Shown in pieces: positions 50,601-64,000 of a stretch of 64,000 nucleotides of DNA (its first letter is position 1; every line of letters starts with the position of its first letter). Origin of the DNA: Catajapyx aquilonaris. Its lineage: Eukaryota. The position numbers and the translations under genes are program-made. The notes beneath the pieces were generated by a model. That model searched no databases. It saw only the letters and a list, made by a program, of their open reading frames with translations, and had not been told where the DNA came from. Where the stretch lies: the NCBI GenBank assembly GCA_000934665.2, contig KZ538528.1:1-64000 (forward strand), read 5' to 3'.

Positions 50601-53600
50601 AGTCGATTACGACAGCTGGGTTCACACTGGCGGTCGTTGCCTTTGGCCAGTTTGTGGTTGGAAGTCGCAAAACGGTAGCAATTTTCATTTTTTAAAAAAA
50701 GGAGGCGAGTATGAACACAGATTTGGCACAAAAATCGTAACTCCCATCATGAAAATTACGCCGCGAAGCACCTGCCAAAATTAGTTTAGCCCCACCCTTT
50801 GTGACTTGGTACCTGCACTGTGCACATGTACAGTAACGGTCGTGTTATGCTCACATTGGCGTTGCTGGCGATTATCTCGGTTTACAAGTGCTACTGTACC
50901 GCTTTTGAAATGAGCCAGCTACATTTTTTCCCCCTCTGACTATTCTGGTGGTCGTCAGCACAATTTTTGTCTGTTCACATGCAGCTCACCAGCTTAAAAG
51001 GAAACCCCCCGAAAAAAATGTGGTCGGAAACATCCTGTCGGCTGACATGGCGTACCTTCCTACCTCGTTTTTTTTGTCTAGCTAAATTTCCAGCTTGCCA
51101 GCCTGGAGGATTCCCCCCGCCATTATTTAGCCCGAGAGATTCATAATTAACCAATCCGTGGTGGCACCTTCCATTTCCGAAAATTAAAGTGAGGGTTGTT
51201 TCTCCGTCGCCCGTGTCTTGAGGCTTCCCTCCCCCATTAGTAAAACGCGCAATCTGGCGGCCGGATATATGTATGAAAAGAACTTAATAAACTTAAGTGA
51301 TTCGCCGCACACGTCCCCCCTCCCCTGCCTCAGGTCCCCATCTGGATTCGCCAAATAATTCTCCGGAGGCTCCGAGGATTCGCGTCATTGGGCGTGACGC
51401 TCCAGCACACGCCCTGGAAAATTTACAGTGCAGTGTATGTTATAACCCAGGTTCTCAAAAAGTTGAAAACCTGACTTTGGGAGCTGCTGGAGCGCTTTTT
51501 GACACACATACAGTATAACAGGGAGGCTCGGATAAATAACGTGGCATAGGATTGAGCACACGTGGGTTCTGTGCAGCATACCAGTTATGGATCTCACGTT
51601 GAAGTCGATTATGCACACAGAGTTGGACCTGAGCCATGTCCAGGCAGCCAGAAAGTTCAGGGAGCAGAAAACTCAGTGGACTAGAGAGAACCCAGAGAGA
51701 GAACTTTGCAAAAAGCTCTCCCCCCATCCCCCCCAAAACCTGGCTACACATATGGCTTCAGGGAGTCTGTCTGTGTCTGGCCTGTCTGTCGGTGTGTCTG
51801 TCTGCCTATCTGCTCCGCATGTAATGTTTGTTCAGATAACAGCCTGGCCCCCCCTCCTCTCTCTCTCTGCAAGCAGGGGTTTTCGAGGTTGGGTTTTGTG
51901 GCTCGCTTGCCGAACTGAATCTCCCGACCACCCCTTGCTCTCTCTCTCTCTCTACTCTCTCTCTACTCTAATCAATAAAGCCAGGGAAATTTAGAGCATT
52001 CTTGGTGCTTGCCATACAAAAGAGGAGAGGAGTTAGCTTCAAATACTGTGGGATGTGCCCTAATTATCTCGGGGATACTAGTGGAAAGGGCCAGACCGCC
52101 GGGTTTGGATGAGCATGGAGTATGGAAGAGAGAGAGAGAGAGAAAAAGAGTGAAAAATCGAAGGTGCTCAGGTGTGGGGCTCGCTGCAATCGCGGAGGCT
52201 AAGAGTTTAATTAGAAAGCACCTGAATAAAGTAATTCTTCGGTCTAATGTTAGAGTCAAGCGTATCGGTTACATTGCAGATTATGGAAGCAAAGTCTGCT
52301 GGGAAGTTCTTGGTGTTTTTCTATATTGGACGAGGAAAACTTTTCTATTGGCACTGTGTGTTGTTGCCATATGTTTGGCCTACACTCGCACAGCATCGTG
52401 TGACATTTGATCAGTTGTCTGGTGGTGACTTCTGATGTGTACAAATTCACTGGCAACTTATTGCCGTGTGATTGAGTGAAATATTAAATTTCGCCAAATC
52501 GACAAAGGCTTTCCCCCCCCAGTGTAGGCAACAATGAAGGGTGCGAATGGAAGGGTAGAGGGGGGAGGGAGGGAGGAAAACCGACGCAGCGATTTCCCCT
52601 CCTCTCATTTCTGTCCGATTCATTAACCAATAACCAATTCCATGGACCGACAGCAATTATGTCCCTCCCCACAAAACCCCCGACCAGTGCGTTACAACCG
52701 TGCTGTAAACTTACATTATCCAGCACATGCGAGCGCTCCCAAGATCATACGATATTCAGCACTTTGCATGGTGAAAAGCGCCTCCCTCCCCACCCCTATA
52801 TATACCCCCTTGCCACCCACTGTTAATAATCGACTGCTTTTTATACCCGGCTTGGAAAGAATCGGACCCGCTTTTGCTGCATGGCCGGCGCATACTAGTA
52901 GACGGCCATTTTTCATTAACAGGGCCAGAAATTTCGGGAATGTCCCCAAATTCTTCGTCGGGCATCGACTCGGCCAAAGCACTGGGCACGAACCGGAATT
53001 GTTCGGACAACAAGCGTTCACACGGGACATGTCCGTTTGTTGCTGTTCAATTTTTTATAAAGCAATAATAACTACTTTTCCACGCCATATTTTGCAGTTA
53101 TTACCGCCCCCTTTTCCAACACGCCCCCGCCCATCTCCCGCCGGCACAATGCCTACCTTTTCGATTCGACATCAATTGTTCCTTTCGGAATAGGAGAAAA
53201 CATTTCGGCAAGAGAGCCATTAAACTGCAGGTGGGGACGTGAAGCGGGTTCCATTGAATTTCATGGACTTGGGGGGGAGCTCTGCGGGGCTTATGAAAGG
53301 GCGGCGGGAGAATATTGATACTTTGTTCCTGTGCTAAGTGCATTGGAAGCCTTCGATCGAACCCAAAAGGGGCTGAAGAAGGTGGGGGAGAGGAGGAGGA
53401 GTAAGGGGAGGCGGAGAAAAGACGGTGGGAGGGACGCGACTCCTTCAAGTAAGTACAGGACACCTACCAATTCTTGTAAAAGTAAAATCAACTAGTGCAC
53501 ACTGACATAAAACTGTGTGTTCCTTTTTCTGTTTTGCGATCCAGTCCTCGTTAGTTAATCAGATTTCTTTAAAAAGTTGTCTGCTTCAATATTTTACACC

Positions 53601-56600
53601 CGAGTATTTTTTTTAGCACCGGCCTATCGTGCTGCTGTCCGTAAACTTTGGGAGAAAACGCTGTGAGTTAGAGACAAAAGAAAATGTGGAAGTTTTCGAG
53701 TCCACTTGGGCTAACTGGAGCTTCTTTGGCCCACTTTTCTTAAACTTCATCCGACACCCTCGAGTCTCCAGACGCAAGTGTGCCGGAGAAGACTAATTAA
53801 CTGCAGGAAAAAAAATAGAGAGAAAGAAGAGAAGAGGGGTTAAGGCAAGTCCGTGATTCCAAACAACACTTGATGTTTCACGACCTCTAGTTCTCTCTCT
53901 CTAAAAAAAATCTATTTATTTTTAGCCGATTTTATCAAGCTGCACTTTCAGTTCTTAACGCGATTTTTTTTTAAATGTTTTCAGTGCATTTGCGGCCCTT
54001 TTTGCTCAGATGCATCAGTTTTGAGAGTTAGTTAGCAATAAGTATGGCGACGAGGTGGAAAATTTGGGCTCTGTTGGAGGAGAGGGGGGTGAAGGGAGCA
54101 TGGGATGGAGGGGGGGGGGAGGCAAACTTGTGTTCCTGCATTCAGCACGAGCTTGCAATGGGATTTCAGACTTGGATGGAATCTGTCGGATGGAGTCTCT
54201 GTCAGACACGGATTTTCCTCCCTCCCTTTCCTCTCTCTCTCTCTCTTCTTTCCCTCCTCTCTTCCCCCCTTCTCCATCTGACTCCTCAAAATAATCAATG
54301 TACTCGTAGAATTGCCCCTGCAGACTACGCCTCCAAACTGGATTTTCGGTCCCATTTGCGCTGGTGAACAGCCTAACCAAATCATTCCATTCGCTGCGAT
54401 TTTTGCGCGAACCGGTCTGCTTGGCTTGAATGGCAGCCCTTTAGTGTTATGTGAGAGTCAATGTGTTTTGGTGAATTATGAGAGTGAGGGAACAGCATTT
54501 TTCTAAAGAAACTATTTCACTTTGGGGTAATGTTGCTGTGCGTATAAGGACGCTCTGGCAGTTTGTCAAAATACGGCCATAACTTTCCACTGCGGTTTTT
54601 TTTTTTTGGTACAAGTATATCAAAAAAGCACTACTGTCGAAATTATTCTTAAAAAAGGATTCAGTACATAATTTTATGAGGATCTGAATGGCTCCGTTTT
54701 TTGGGCTACTTTTTTCACAATATTTTGTGGCAAAAATAATATTTTTAAAAAAACCTGCTGAAGAAGCTATATGAGCAATTTATAACCGGAAAGAATTAGT
54801 AATGATAGTGATTGTCGAAACCTGTGATTATTTAAATTTTTTATTAGAAATCTCCTTCTGTCGTTCCCAATACCGATTCTGGCACTATAATTTGGCATGT
54901 ACCTATATAATGGCTAAATTTCTGGGACCCACTTCCATCTCGATAGAAGAAAAAAAAAGCATACCATGGCATGTAAAAACACTAACAAGTGCAGAAAGCC
55001 AAACTTTTAAAAGCCATTAAAAAATGATCATGCAACTTGGTTTAAGTGACAAAAGGTTCAGACATTGCGGTGCTCCTATTACGTTAGATGTGGGCATGTA
55101 ACTATCCCCCTACTTTATTAATTATGCATAGATCCTATAGGAGCCTGTGGCTAATTTTTTGCGATTTTTTAAAGGGGAATGGAATGAAATATTTGCTCAC
55201 TGCCGGACTTATGCTACTGTTCACTTAAAAAACGATGGATGCCCTGAAGCAAAAGAATTCCATTTTCGTTCTGTACTGCTCCTATCTTTATGCCCATATC
55301 TGGAATTTTTCCCAACGTCCCAAAAATTAATTTTTGTTCCCCTCTGCAAAAATGGGAACATAATTATCTAGATCTAAGCTATGCGTAGGTATGCGCTACA
55401 GATGGGCAGGAGATCCGCGCAATTTGTATCTGACGAGTGAAGCCAATGACAGTTGTGGTCCATCAGCAATTCGACCACTGTTTATCAGCAGATTAAACCC
55501 GGTTTTGGTTCATTCTCCGCAATCGCCATGCGATCATTTCAGCTGCCCTGGTTATCGAGTTGGGATGTGGGGGAGGACCCGTTTCCACACCCACACCCCC
55601 ATGGACCATGTGCATGTCACTCCGAATTATTTGGACGTCACCTCCCACCCCACATTGCTAATTATACTTACGATGCAAATTTTCCGGAGGGAGAATTAAG
55701 GCCGAATTTTCCAATTTTAAAATCCTTGCTGTGGGAGGCACAAATTTTAATCATAAGCTTTTCCCCCTCCCCTCCCCCCTACCTACCCCAGAAATTAACC
55801 TTCATCACGACCGGAAAGTAACATTAATGCTACGGAGATTAGCCCAGGGTAGGAAGGGAAATTAAGATGTATAACCACTCTTTATGAACTTTCCATGTTA
55901 TGCTATGAAGAAACTCGTTTATTCATTCAGGGAGGTGGAAAAATAGCAGTAAATTTTTTAGTGCACTTTTGGCCCCCCGGTGCCTGCTTTTTCCCTCCCT
56001 CCCCCCAAAAAATATAGATTTGTGATGGTTTCCAGACCTCCTCGAATTTTCACATAATGGTCTACGTGGCATTTCTCTCGAATCCTGAGCGAGCGAAAAA
56101 GGGCACGTTTTCGCCTTCGACGGTTTTCTGATGATCGATTTCAGGCTTTAATTTTTTAAACTGGCTACGGTTCCTTATTTTTTTTAAACGCAACCTGGTA
56201 AACACATAAATCCAAAAACACTGAAAATTAAATCCTACACGTCCTAGCCCTAAAGGCACGCCCAAAAATGACATTTCGAATCGCAACACAATGCATTTTT
56301 TAAAAAAAACTCCCCACAACACCGCATTTCTACCAATAATTTTTCTCTGCAGTTCGTTTCACTCCGTGGAATTGCATACCCCTGGAGGGACGGGCACCCT
56401 CATCTCCCTACCACGAAAAAAAAAAATTACATGGAAACAATATACGATCCCCCCCGAAGGAGAAAAATGCCACGCGACTGGACTGCCGCACATGGTATTC
56501 CGAAATTTTGGCGCAACCTACCATGTGAAATAGAAATAGATATAGAGCACATTCCCAGAATATTTTGTGCAAAAAAGCACATGTGGAACAATCTTTAACC

Positions 56601-59600
56601 TTATGGTTCTCTCAGATTCGTGCAGGATTTCTCGGGGTTTCTCTCACTGCGTAAGACCTATAAAAGTTCTCACACATAATTACAACCGCTGTGTACCGAT
56701 CCGCACGTGTGTCACACAATCAATTGCACAAAAGAGCGTTTTCGACGCCTCCAGAATATTTCATATCCCCAAATGACCCGCCACTTTCAAGGGCGTCAAT
56801 TTCGTCCGCCAAAATGACACCCTTGAGTTACGAGCTGTAATACGCCCAACCCTACCCCCCCCAAAAAAACGCGGTTGGTATAGCAAGGGTCGAAGCTGCA
56901 TGTAGGATTCATGAGCCGTAATAATTTTTCGCCCGGCGGATCCAGACACGATTTGCACGCCACACAAATGTACACAGTACACACTGACAGCCAGACGTTG
57001 TTACGTTATTCATGTGGAAACATATCTCGCGTGTGGTCTCCTTACTTTTTTTCTCTCTCTCCCCCCTCCTACTTTTTTTTTGTTATTATTTTACACAAAT
57101 ATTATACTACCAGCCTGCCCTTAATCTCTTGGTGCATTTACCTCCCCACCCCAAAGGAAGGTCGGAGCCACACCTACATCAGCGTAAAAGCCGAGAGCAG
57201 TCCGCAGCGGCTCATTTAATCTATCTGGCGGGCTCCTCGCCTACATTTTCATGCAGATTTTATTTCGGCATCCTGCCTCGGGACCTCCAGAGGGAAATGG
57301 GGGAGGTGGGGGGAGGGGAGATGGGGGAGAGGATGAAAACATCACCACCTTGTTTCCTGCCGCAAGTCACTTTTTGGGGGGAAAGAGAAACTTCATATGG
57401 AGAGTACTCACCGGGACGGAGAGCACGCTGGTTCAGAGCCGGACCACGTCATGTTTATCTGCAGAAAAGCAAAAAAGAATATGTCTTGTAACTGACGGTT
57501 AAGAGAGTAAGCAACTAGCTTAACTTAAAAATATGAACGATCAATTTTTTTCGGGTTAAAAAAAGAGTACGCTACTTGCGGGCAAGACCGCGTTCAAGTT
57601 ACACGCTTTCCCTGGGGAGCTTAGAGCTCGAATATGAAACCGGGGGTCTCTTGTTCTCCAGGCCAGAAAGCGACAAAGTCGATTCCAGCGACCGGTTTCA
57701 GCCGGACTGCTGCAAAACCCGGACTTAAGAGCAGCTGGCACCAATTAACCAACAATTAAGAAACCGCTAAGAGTGTTGCAATCCCACTTCCTTAAACTTG
57801 GTTCGAAATGAATGTGGCTGTTTTTTTAGGTGGATCGTGCTGATTGGTGCGTTACCAATCAGCCCAATCAAAGACAACGACGTTCGTCTGAACCCATCTT
57901 AATAAGAGCAAGGCTTACCTCAGAGACACCGATCACTTATGGACACACGCGAGTTGTGGTCGGCAACTGAAACACCACCGCGCACTGTGTTTGATCCGGG
58001 GTCAGGTTGGGTGTTTTTTTCTTTTGTATATATGTGTGTAGGCAAGAGAAGGTACAGGGTGTGTTTCTGGCATGGTTGGGTGATGTCGAAGGAATGGGGG
58101 TGACCACGCGTCCATCGCCGGCAAGACCCACCAGTCTTCTAACGCTGGCGGCGCTACTACGCCGGCCATGGCGCCACCACCCCCTCACCCTCCCCCAACA
58201 GACCGACGCGTCTACGACGCAGCCTCACGCCTGCCAACTGCTCCGACCAATCCGGTTCTCTGCCCGGCGCCGCCCTATCAAAAGTCCAGGCGCACAACCC
58301 ATGAATCCCTCAGACACATGTGGATCACTCCATGTGAAACAATGGGGCGCACTGTTACTTGTGCCGGGGCCTATTGATTCCATGCTGCGATTATTTGGAT
58401 GGAGGGGGGGGGGGGGAGCATGATTGGCACCGGACAACAAACCAATTCATGCTAATATGCTGTACGATTCGAGAGCGGTGCAGTTTGCGTCTAATTACTC
58501 GACTGTGCGGGTTTGGGGTTGTCACCTACTTTGGATGCCTGTAAATTCAGTAAGTTGAAGGGAACGTGTGCTTAAACAGAACAATAAAGAAAGTGACACA
58601 TTGTTCAGAGAAGCAACAGTCATTAGTCCCCAGTATGCAAATTCTGCCCAGTTAAAGAGTAAAATCTGATCTGGTTCAATATATTTCGTCTGCAGTATAT
58701 ACATATTATTTATAATTTACGCACAAAGTACTGCCCTTGCTTTCGCATCATACTGCACTCACTTTGCAACCCAACGAGTACATCTGAAGTCATAAATATT
58801 TCGTACCCGCAGCTTGTGCGCAGGTGCACAGGACCTAGCCCCGGGAAAAGTTACACCGCTTTTCCATGTTGCAAAAATAGGGACACAATATTTTCTTTGT
58901 TTTGCGGAATGCTCGCAAAAAAAGGAAGGGGGGAAGGCGTGCGGTTTTTCCCTTTAAATTCTTCATCGTTGCCACTTTTTCATAGCCTGTTGTTGTGAAA
59001 TTACAAAAATGCGAGTGCGAGTGTGCTGTTACATACGGCGTGTTTATTTGCCCAACAAAATAATAAAGTGCATCTGTGTACATTACACAATACATATTTA
59101 GATTGCACTTAGGGTGCGCACTGTTGTTCATTTTGCACCGCTTTGTGCATTTTATGAGCACGCACATGCGCCTGTGAAGTCGTTTCATGGAAGCCAAGAG
59201 AGGCCCTTGGGTTGCCAGTCTTCCAGGATGAAACTAGTGAACACGATTTGTGGAAATATGCATTCAAAAGGCATACATGGCGGAGCACAACCCAAGTTCC
59301 CAGCCGAGTTCCCAGCTCAAGAGGAAGCATAAGTTATGGATTGGTTACTCTAGCAACCAGTTCAAATAGAAGCAAGCACATTGGAAACCTAATTAAAGAC
59401 ACATTCATTTTAACTAGTTGCTGGAATGAACAGATCATAATGACTTATTCACCTCTCTGTGAAGGTTGCGCGTTAGTCAATACCGACATGTAAGCTGAAT
59501 AATAATATTGGCTTTGAGGGGATGTAAGTCAGTGAATAATAAACTGGCCTTATGATGTTGAATGCGCAACAACGTGCATTGCAGCCGTCACGCAGTGATT

Positions 59601-62600
59601 CCGACACCTGCATAATTTTGGATGCAAGTTATTATTTTATGAGCACTGCACTTTCCTCTTTGTCCAGGCGTGCCAGTTTCGTCTCTCTGATAATAATTCG
59701 CATTAAAAGTGCGCTACCCGTGTCATGTGTACAGTACTTCTGATACACCGTATGGCACTTATTACGAGAGTGACCAGTGCCGATACGCATTTTGGGGGAC
59801 CTTTTGTGCTGCATGTGTTTCATTTGGGGAGAACCAGGCATTTGTTCCATCTCTCTGTGCCCCACAACTTGTTACACCAGCCTGCAGCAGGTGTATTATT
59901 GACGCGGTGAACCCATGACACACTCTGTGAATTGCCCGCCGATTTACTCTAATTGCGGCCAATCATTAATTTCTCATAATTTAATTACATCAATCAGTCA
60001 TTCCGTGTCAACAGCAACATATTATTGCTAAATGTGTACGTCAGCAAAACATCAAACGACAATAACTTATGCAGCTTAGTATTTTGGGAACCGGTGCGTG
60101 CACACACAGCGTGTCAGTATGTGAACGTATAGTTCGGGTCGGACCCGCCAAAAACAGGATACTTTTTTGGCACAAATTAGTGGAAATGTTGAAATGCCAG
60201 TACTGGCGGGATCTGTAAAGTAATGTAATGTATTGTACAGATGATCAAATAATTTTGAGTGATTCATTGCGATGTAAGCTGGAAAACGTCAAAATCAATA
60301 CAATCTTTCCGCACATCAGGGTAACAAGGGGAAAACAATTTATCAGCAAATAATATTAGCAACAATCGCCACTTACAATTATTCTCTGTGCACGGAAACC
60401 CTAATCCTTCGTTGGACTCTTTGTGTGCCAAAGTTTTTGCAGATAACTAACCACCATATCTAGGCAGGTCCCCTTTCAGTGAGTCACATGTAGCTGGAAA
60501 ACCCCCCCAAGCATTTCACATTTCGCGCCCATTCAATAGAGTGCAACAATTCATCGATTGTAATTTTTTAAGGGTGAAAATTGCATGCTTACTCCGCACG
60601 TTAAGTAGCGCATGACGTGACGGGCAACACACACGAGGCGCACGTCTATTTGTCCCATTATGCACATATCCCGGCAGGTAGTAAGCGCATGACTGTTTAA
60701 AAAAAATTACAGTAGTTTTTGAGGTTGTAGCCCGCAACAATGGCGTGACAGCTCAGTTTTATCTGAATGCACTGCACGCCACTAGCTTTCCGCGTGCACC
60801 GACATTATTATCAGAGATTAGCATCGGTGCATGAGCTGGTCTGCAGTGTGTATGTGCATGTGCACACACCTGCGACTTTCTTGGGAGAAGCAATTCATTC
60901 AGTGCGTCGCCACGTTAGCACCGATAGTGTCGCAGGCCAACCAACACGTTGCTATAATAAGACATCCGTCGTTACAAGTCGCAGGGGGTTTGAATTGAGG
61001 TCGTTGCAGAGGCAACAGAGAACCCAATTAAAATATAATTCGCGTTAATAAACCTTTCATCACTTTATCCCATCAGATAACATGTTCCTCTCCAAACTAT
61101 AATCCTGCCCAACACTTTTTGTCCTCCTTAGTATATACTAATGGCTGCTACAGTTACCCATACATTTGTCGCCTTTCCCCGCGCCAGGGGGCATTTCCGT
61201 CGTCAATGGTCCAGAAGGCGTGTTATTTCAACCCCGTCGGACACAGGAAAATTCGCAGGCCCCATTATGCAGGCCCCATTGATCTTAAAGAAAGATGCCT
61301 TCTACTCATGACCCCATAACGGAAACGTCGACAGGAAATGCAACAGGAGGATTTATTGATGTCGTATTATGAAAGGTGTAATGGCAGACAGTATGTTCAT
61401 ATATAGACATCGTCTATTGTCTATTCTGCACCTGTTGTTTGGTCTCGCCCGCATCTCGGGTACACACAATGCGGTACCAGCACCTTCCTAGACACGTGTT
61501 TTGCACCTAGTTTCTCTCTCTCTCGAATCTCTCCACCGAAGAAAATTCAATATCCAAGGCATATCAGTCGGATCCATAGAAAATTGTAGGTCGTAATTCA
61601 GTTTACTTCTGGGCGTCCCAGCAACCTACATTGCATTTTCTGCCTCCATTTTTGGAGAGACCTTGCTCACTATTTTTTTTTGAGCAGGAATATGCGTCTT
61701 GTGGGGCTCGTAATCCCCGGTACAAAACACTTCCAAGATGAACTGCACTTTTCTCTTTGAAAGTAATGGAGAGAAAAGGCCTGCACATTACTGCCATTTT
61801 GAGGTCCATCTGTGGCGGAGGAGGTAGAGAGTGAGTGGCAGGCGATAATAATCCCTCAAGTCCCAAAGCCTGCTGGTTGAGCTTAGATAAGATCGGGCCG
61901 ACTTGTTCGACCGACAGTTTCTAATCAAGAGTGTATCGATTCGACATTATTAGAGGAAATGAACACACTTTTTTTTATCACACGCTTCGACTCCTAAGTA
62001 AAATGTTCCGGACTATTATCGGAGAGTTACTAATTGAACTCGGCCACGTCATGTATGAACATGAGTTCAGGTTAGCTACGGAGTTAGTCTATATCACGGC
62101 TATCCCTGAAGGCGCCGTCTGCTGGGAGACCCATAAAAGCGTTGCATGCGAGAACCAATTGGAAGCTCTGATTTACGGGATATTTCCCTTCCCATCGCCT
62201 GCCGATTGATACTAGTCCCAGGAACTTGTGGAAGGAGGGGTAGAGGTGCTTTCAATTGCAATCGATGCCGATTATTCGCCGGTTGCAAGGAAACTCGGTC
62301 GACCGATTCCATCTTCTCGTGCTGCTCAACACTTAGGGCCTCCCTCCCCCCTTACAACACCACGGATTCGGGAAAAGGGGGAGGAAGAAAAAAGAGAGAG
62401 AGAGCCCCAGGGAGGAATTTTCCCGGTTCCCTTCCCCCAACGGGGATCAGACCGCTTGCAACATTTAAAAAAAGAGGTATGATGGGGCCTATCTTGGGAC
62501 GGCTCGCTTTTGTATTGACCACACTTTGTGTTCTCCTGGGTCTGCATGTCTCTCCATTCTTTGCGCCAGATTCAGGTGCAAGGCTATACAGTCAAGGATT

Positions 62601-62976
62601 TCGAGGATTGGTTTCCACACATTGTTGCTTCCATAATGAATGATGCTAAAGTCAGGATACACAGGTAATTGGATTGAACTGTTGGTTTCCAGTTGTGCCA
62701 ACTGAAACTTTACTGATTGTCAATAATTATTAACCAACAATATTCAGTCCAATTATTACATATGTATCCCGACTTTAGAGCCACCGTGTAGAAACAAAAT
62801 TACCTGCAATGAAGACGTGTCAGCATCTGCAAATTCTCAGCCTTAAAATCTTCAAATTATGTACTTACAATATTATTCTGGAAATTTTTATATGAAATCT
62901 ACATCCAAATGTGGTGAAAAGTAGTGTTTGGTAAGGTACAGTATGTGACAAAAAAATAACAAAATAAACTGTCGTA

Positions 62977-63130
62977 CAGTGTTGGTCATAATATATCGAG
63001 GCAACTGCCAGCGACATTTTCCGAAGCGGCAGAAGAAGGAATCGAAGATTCAAGCCGGGCGAGCAAGATTCCTTCTTCTGCCGCTTCGGAAAATGTCGCT
63101 GGCGGTTGCCTCGATATATGACCAACACTG
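62977..63130. mobile_element. Tc1/mariner-type hairpin MITE, 154 bp
   Basis: TA|CAGTGTTGGTCATA ... TATGACCAACACTG|TA. Arms 62977-63043 and 63067-63130 differ by one substitution and a 3-nt indel; 23-nt loop. Confidence 0.9.
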
Positions 63131-64000
63131 TACAATTTTGGTCCAATTATTGTAGTATGGAAAATAATTAATGAAATAATTTTTTTGCCTATTCGCGTTG
63201 ATCAGACTGAATTTTCTGTGATACAAAAATGTGTTGTGGTCATATGCTAAAGGGATGAAAATGTTGCAAATTGGCAGGTTTCTCTTCTCTGTAAAGCAAT
63301 GTTTTTGTATTGAATATTAACAACAACATGTACTTAATGTCATAGTTGGTCCAGATGAAATCGACCCTTGAACATATCCTTTTCCGTGACAGCCGGACAT
63401 TTCCGAGCTATTTTACAATAAATTAGGCCGGGCGACTTGCGCCTTCCCCCCAAAAAAACCTTCCGCATGTTGGAACTCACGTTGCCGGAGATCGACTGTG
63501 AAATTGATTGTGCCTAGTCCCAGGCAAGTGCTTCACTGGGGAGAAGGGTGTGTGGGGATGGGGGGGGATGGGGATGGGGAGAAAAAACCGCTAACCGGAA
63601 TCAAAAAACCGGACTCCCACTACAGTTACCCTCCGGGTGGACACTGTGGATTACACACATGATGAAACATCAATTACACGTTGAGTTTCCAAAGCAGTGA
63701 CCACACATTTATTTCCTTCCCATCTCTCGATTTCTGGACGCAACGTTTCAGTAGTTTCTGGTCGTGAATCATCAGTGCTCATTGGATGATGTGTAGCACA
63801 AGTGAAGCAGAGTCTATCAGGTGGAATCTGGCTTTGGAGGCACAGCAGTGCATGTCTCTCGCAGGAGAGATTGACTTTACCACTTTCCTCTTCCTCCCTT
63901 TCCCTGCCCCTTTCCCTCCTTCCTATTGCCTTCAGGAACTGCTCGAGTTATTGCGTGTCCCTAGTCTCTTTCCCCTCCTAGGCGGCAATAACGTGTGGAA

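Noticed and set aside
58007..58423. GC-rich 138-aa ORF as a possible exon
   Set aside because: No recognisable protein similarity; open frames are expected in GC-rich sequence.
55169..58957. TTAAAGGGGAA ... TTCCCCTTTAA as possible Kolobok-type element ends
   Set aside because: Only 11 low-complexity bases match over 3.8 kb and the similarity does not extend; compatible with chance.

Overview
Animal (probably invertebrate, arthropod-like) nuclear DNA with no recognisable protein-coding gene; it reads as an intergenic gene desert or a very large intron. None of the listed ORFs resembles a protein family I recognise, and most are low-complexity artefacts of homopolymer or microsatellite runs. 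Supported features: one intact tRNA-Arg(TCG) gene (10963-11035) with a Pol III terminator; several non-autonomous DNA transposons (TA-flanked Tc1/mariner-type MITEs, a PIF/Harbinger-like MITE, a three-copy family with 4-bp AWWT target duplications resembling Sola1, and two near-perfect fold-back elements); a decayed Ty3/Gypsy integrase fragment inside a repeat with a second, inverted, internally deleted copy 13 kb away; microsatellites; and small N gaps. Several motif clusters (YY1/PHO, NF-Y, NRF1/Ewg, ETS, GAGA, homeodomain TAATTA) hint at cis-regulatory DNA, but that is inference. I found no CRISPR array, no operon and no convincing new biological system. The most notable oddities are structural: nested inverted repeats at about 33.2-33.7 kb, an 80-bp loopless palindrome at 3.9-4.0 kb, and the integrase-carrying repeat pair. 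All alignments were made by eye; no searches were run.
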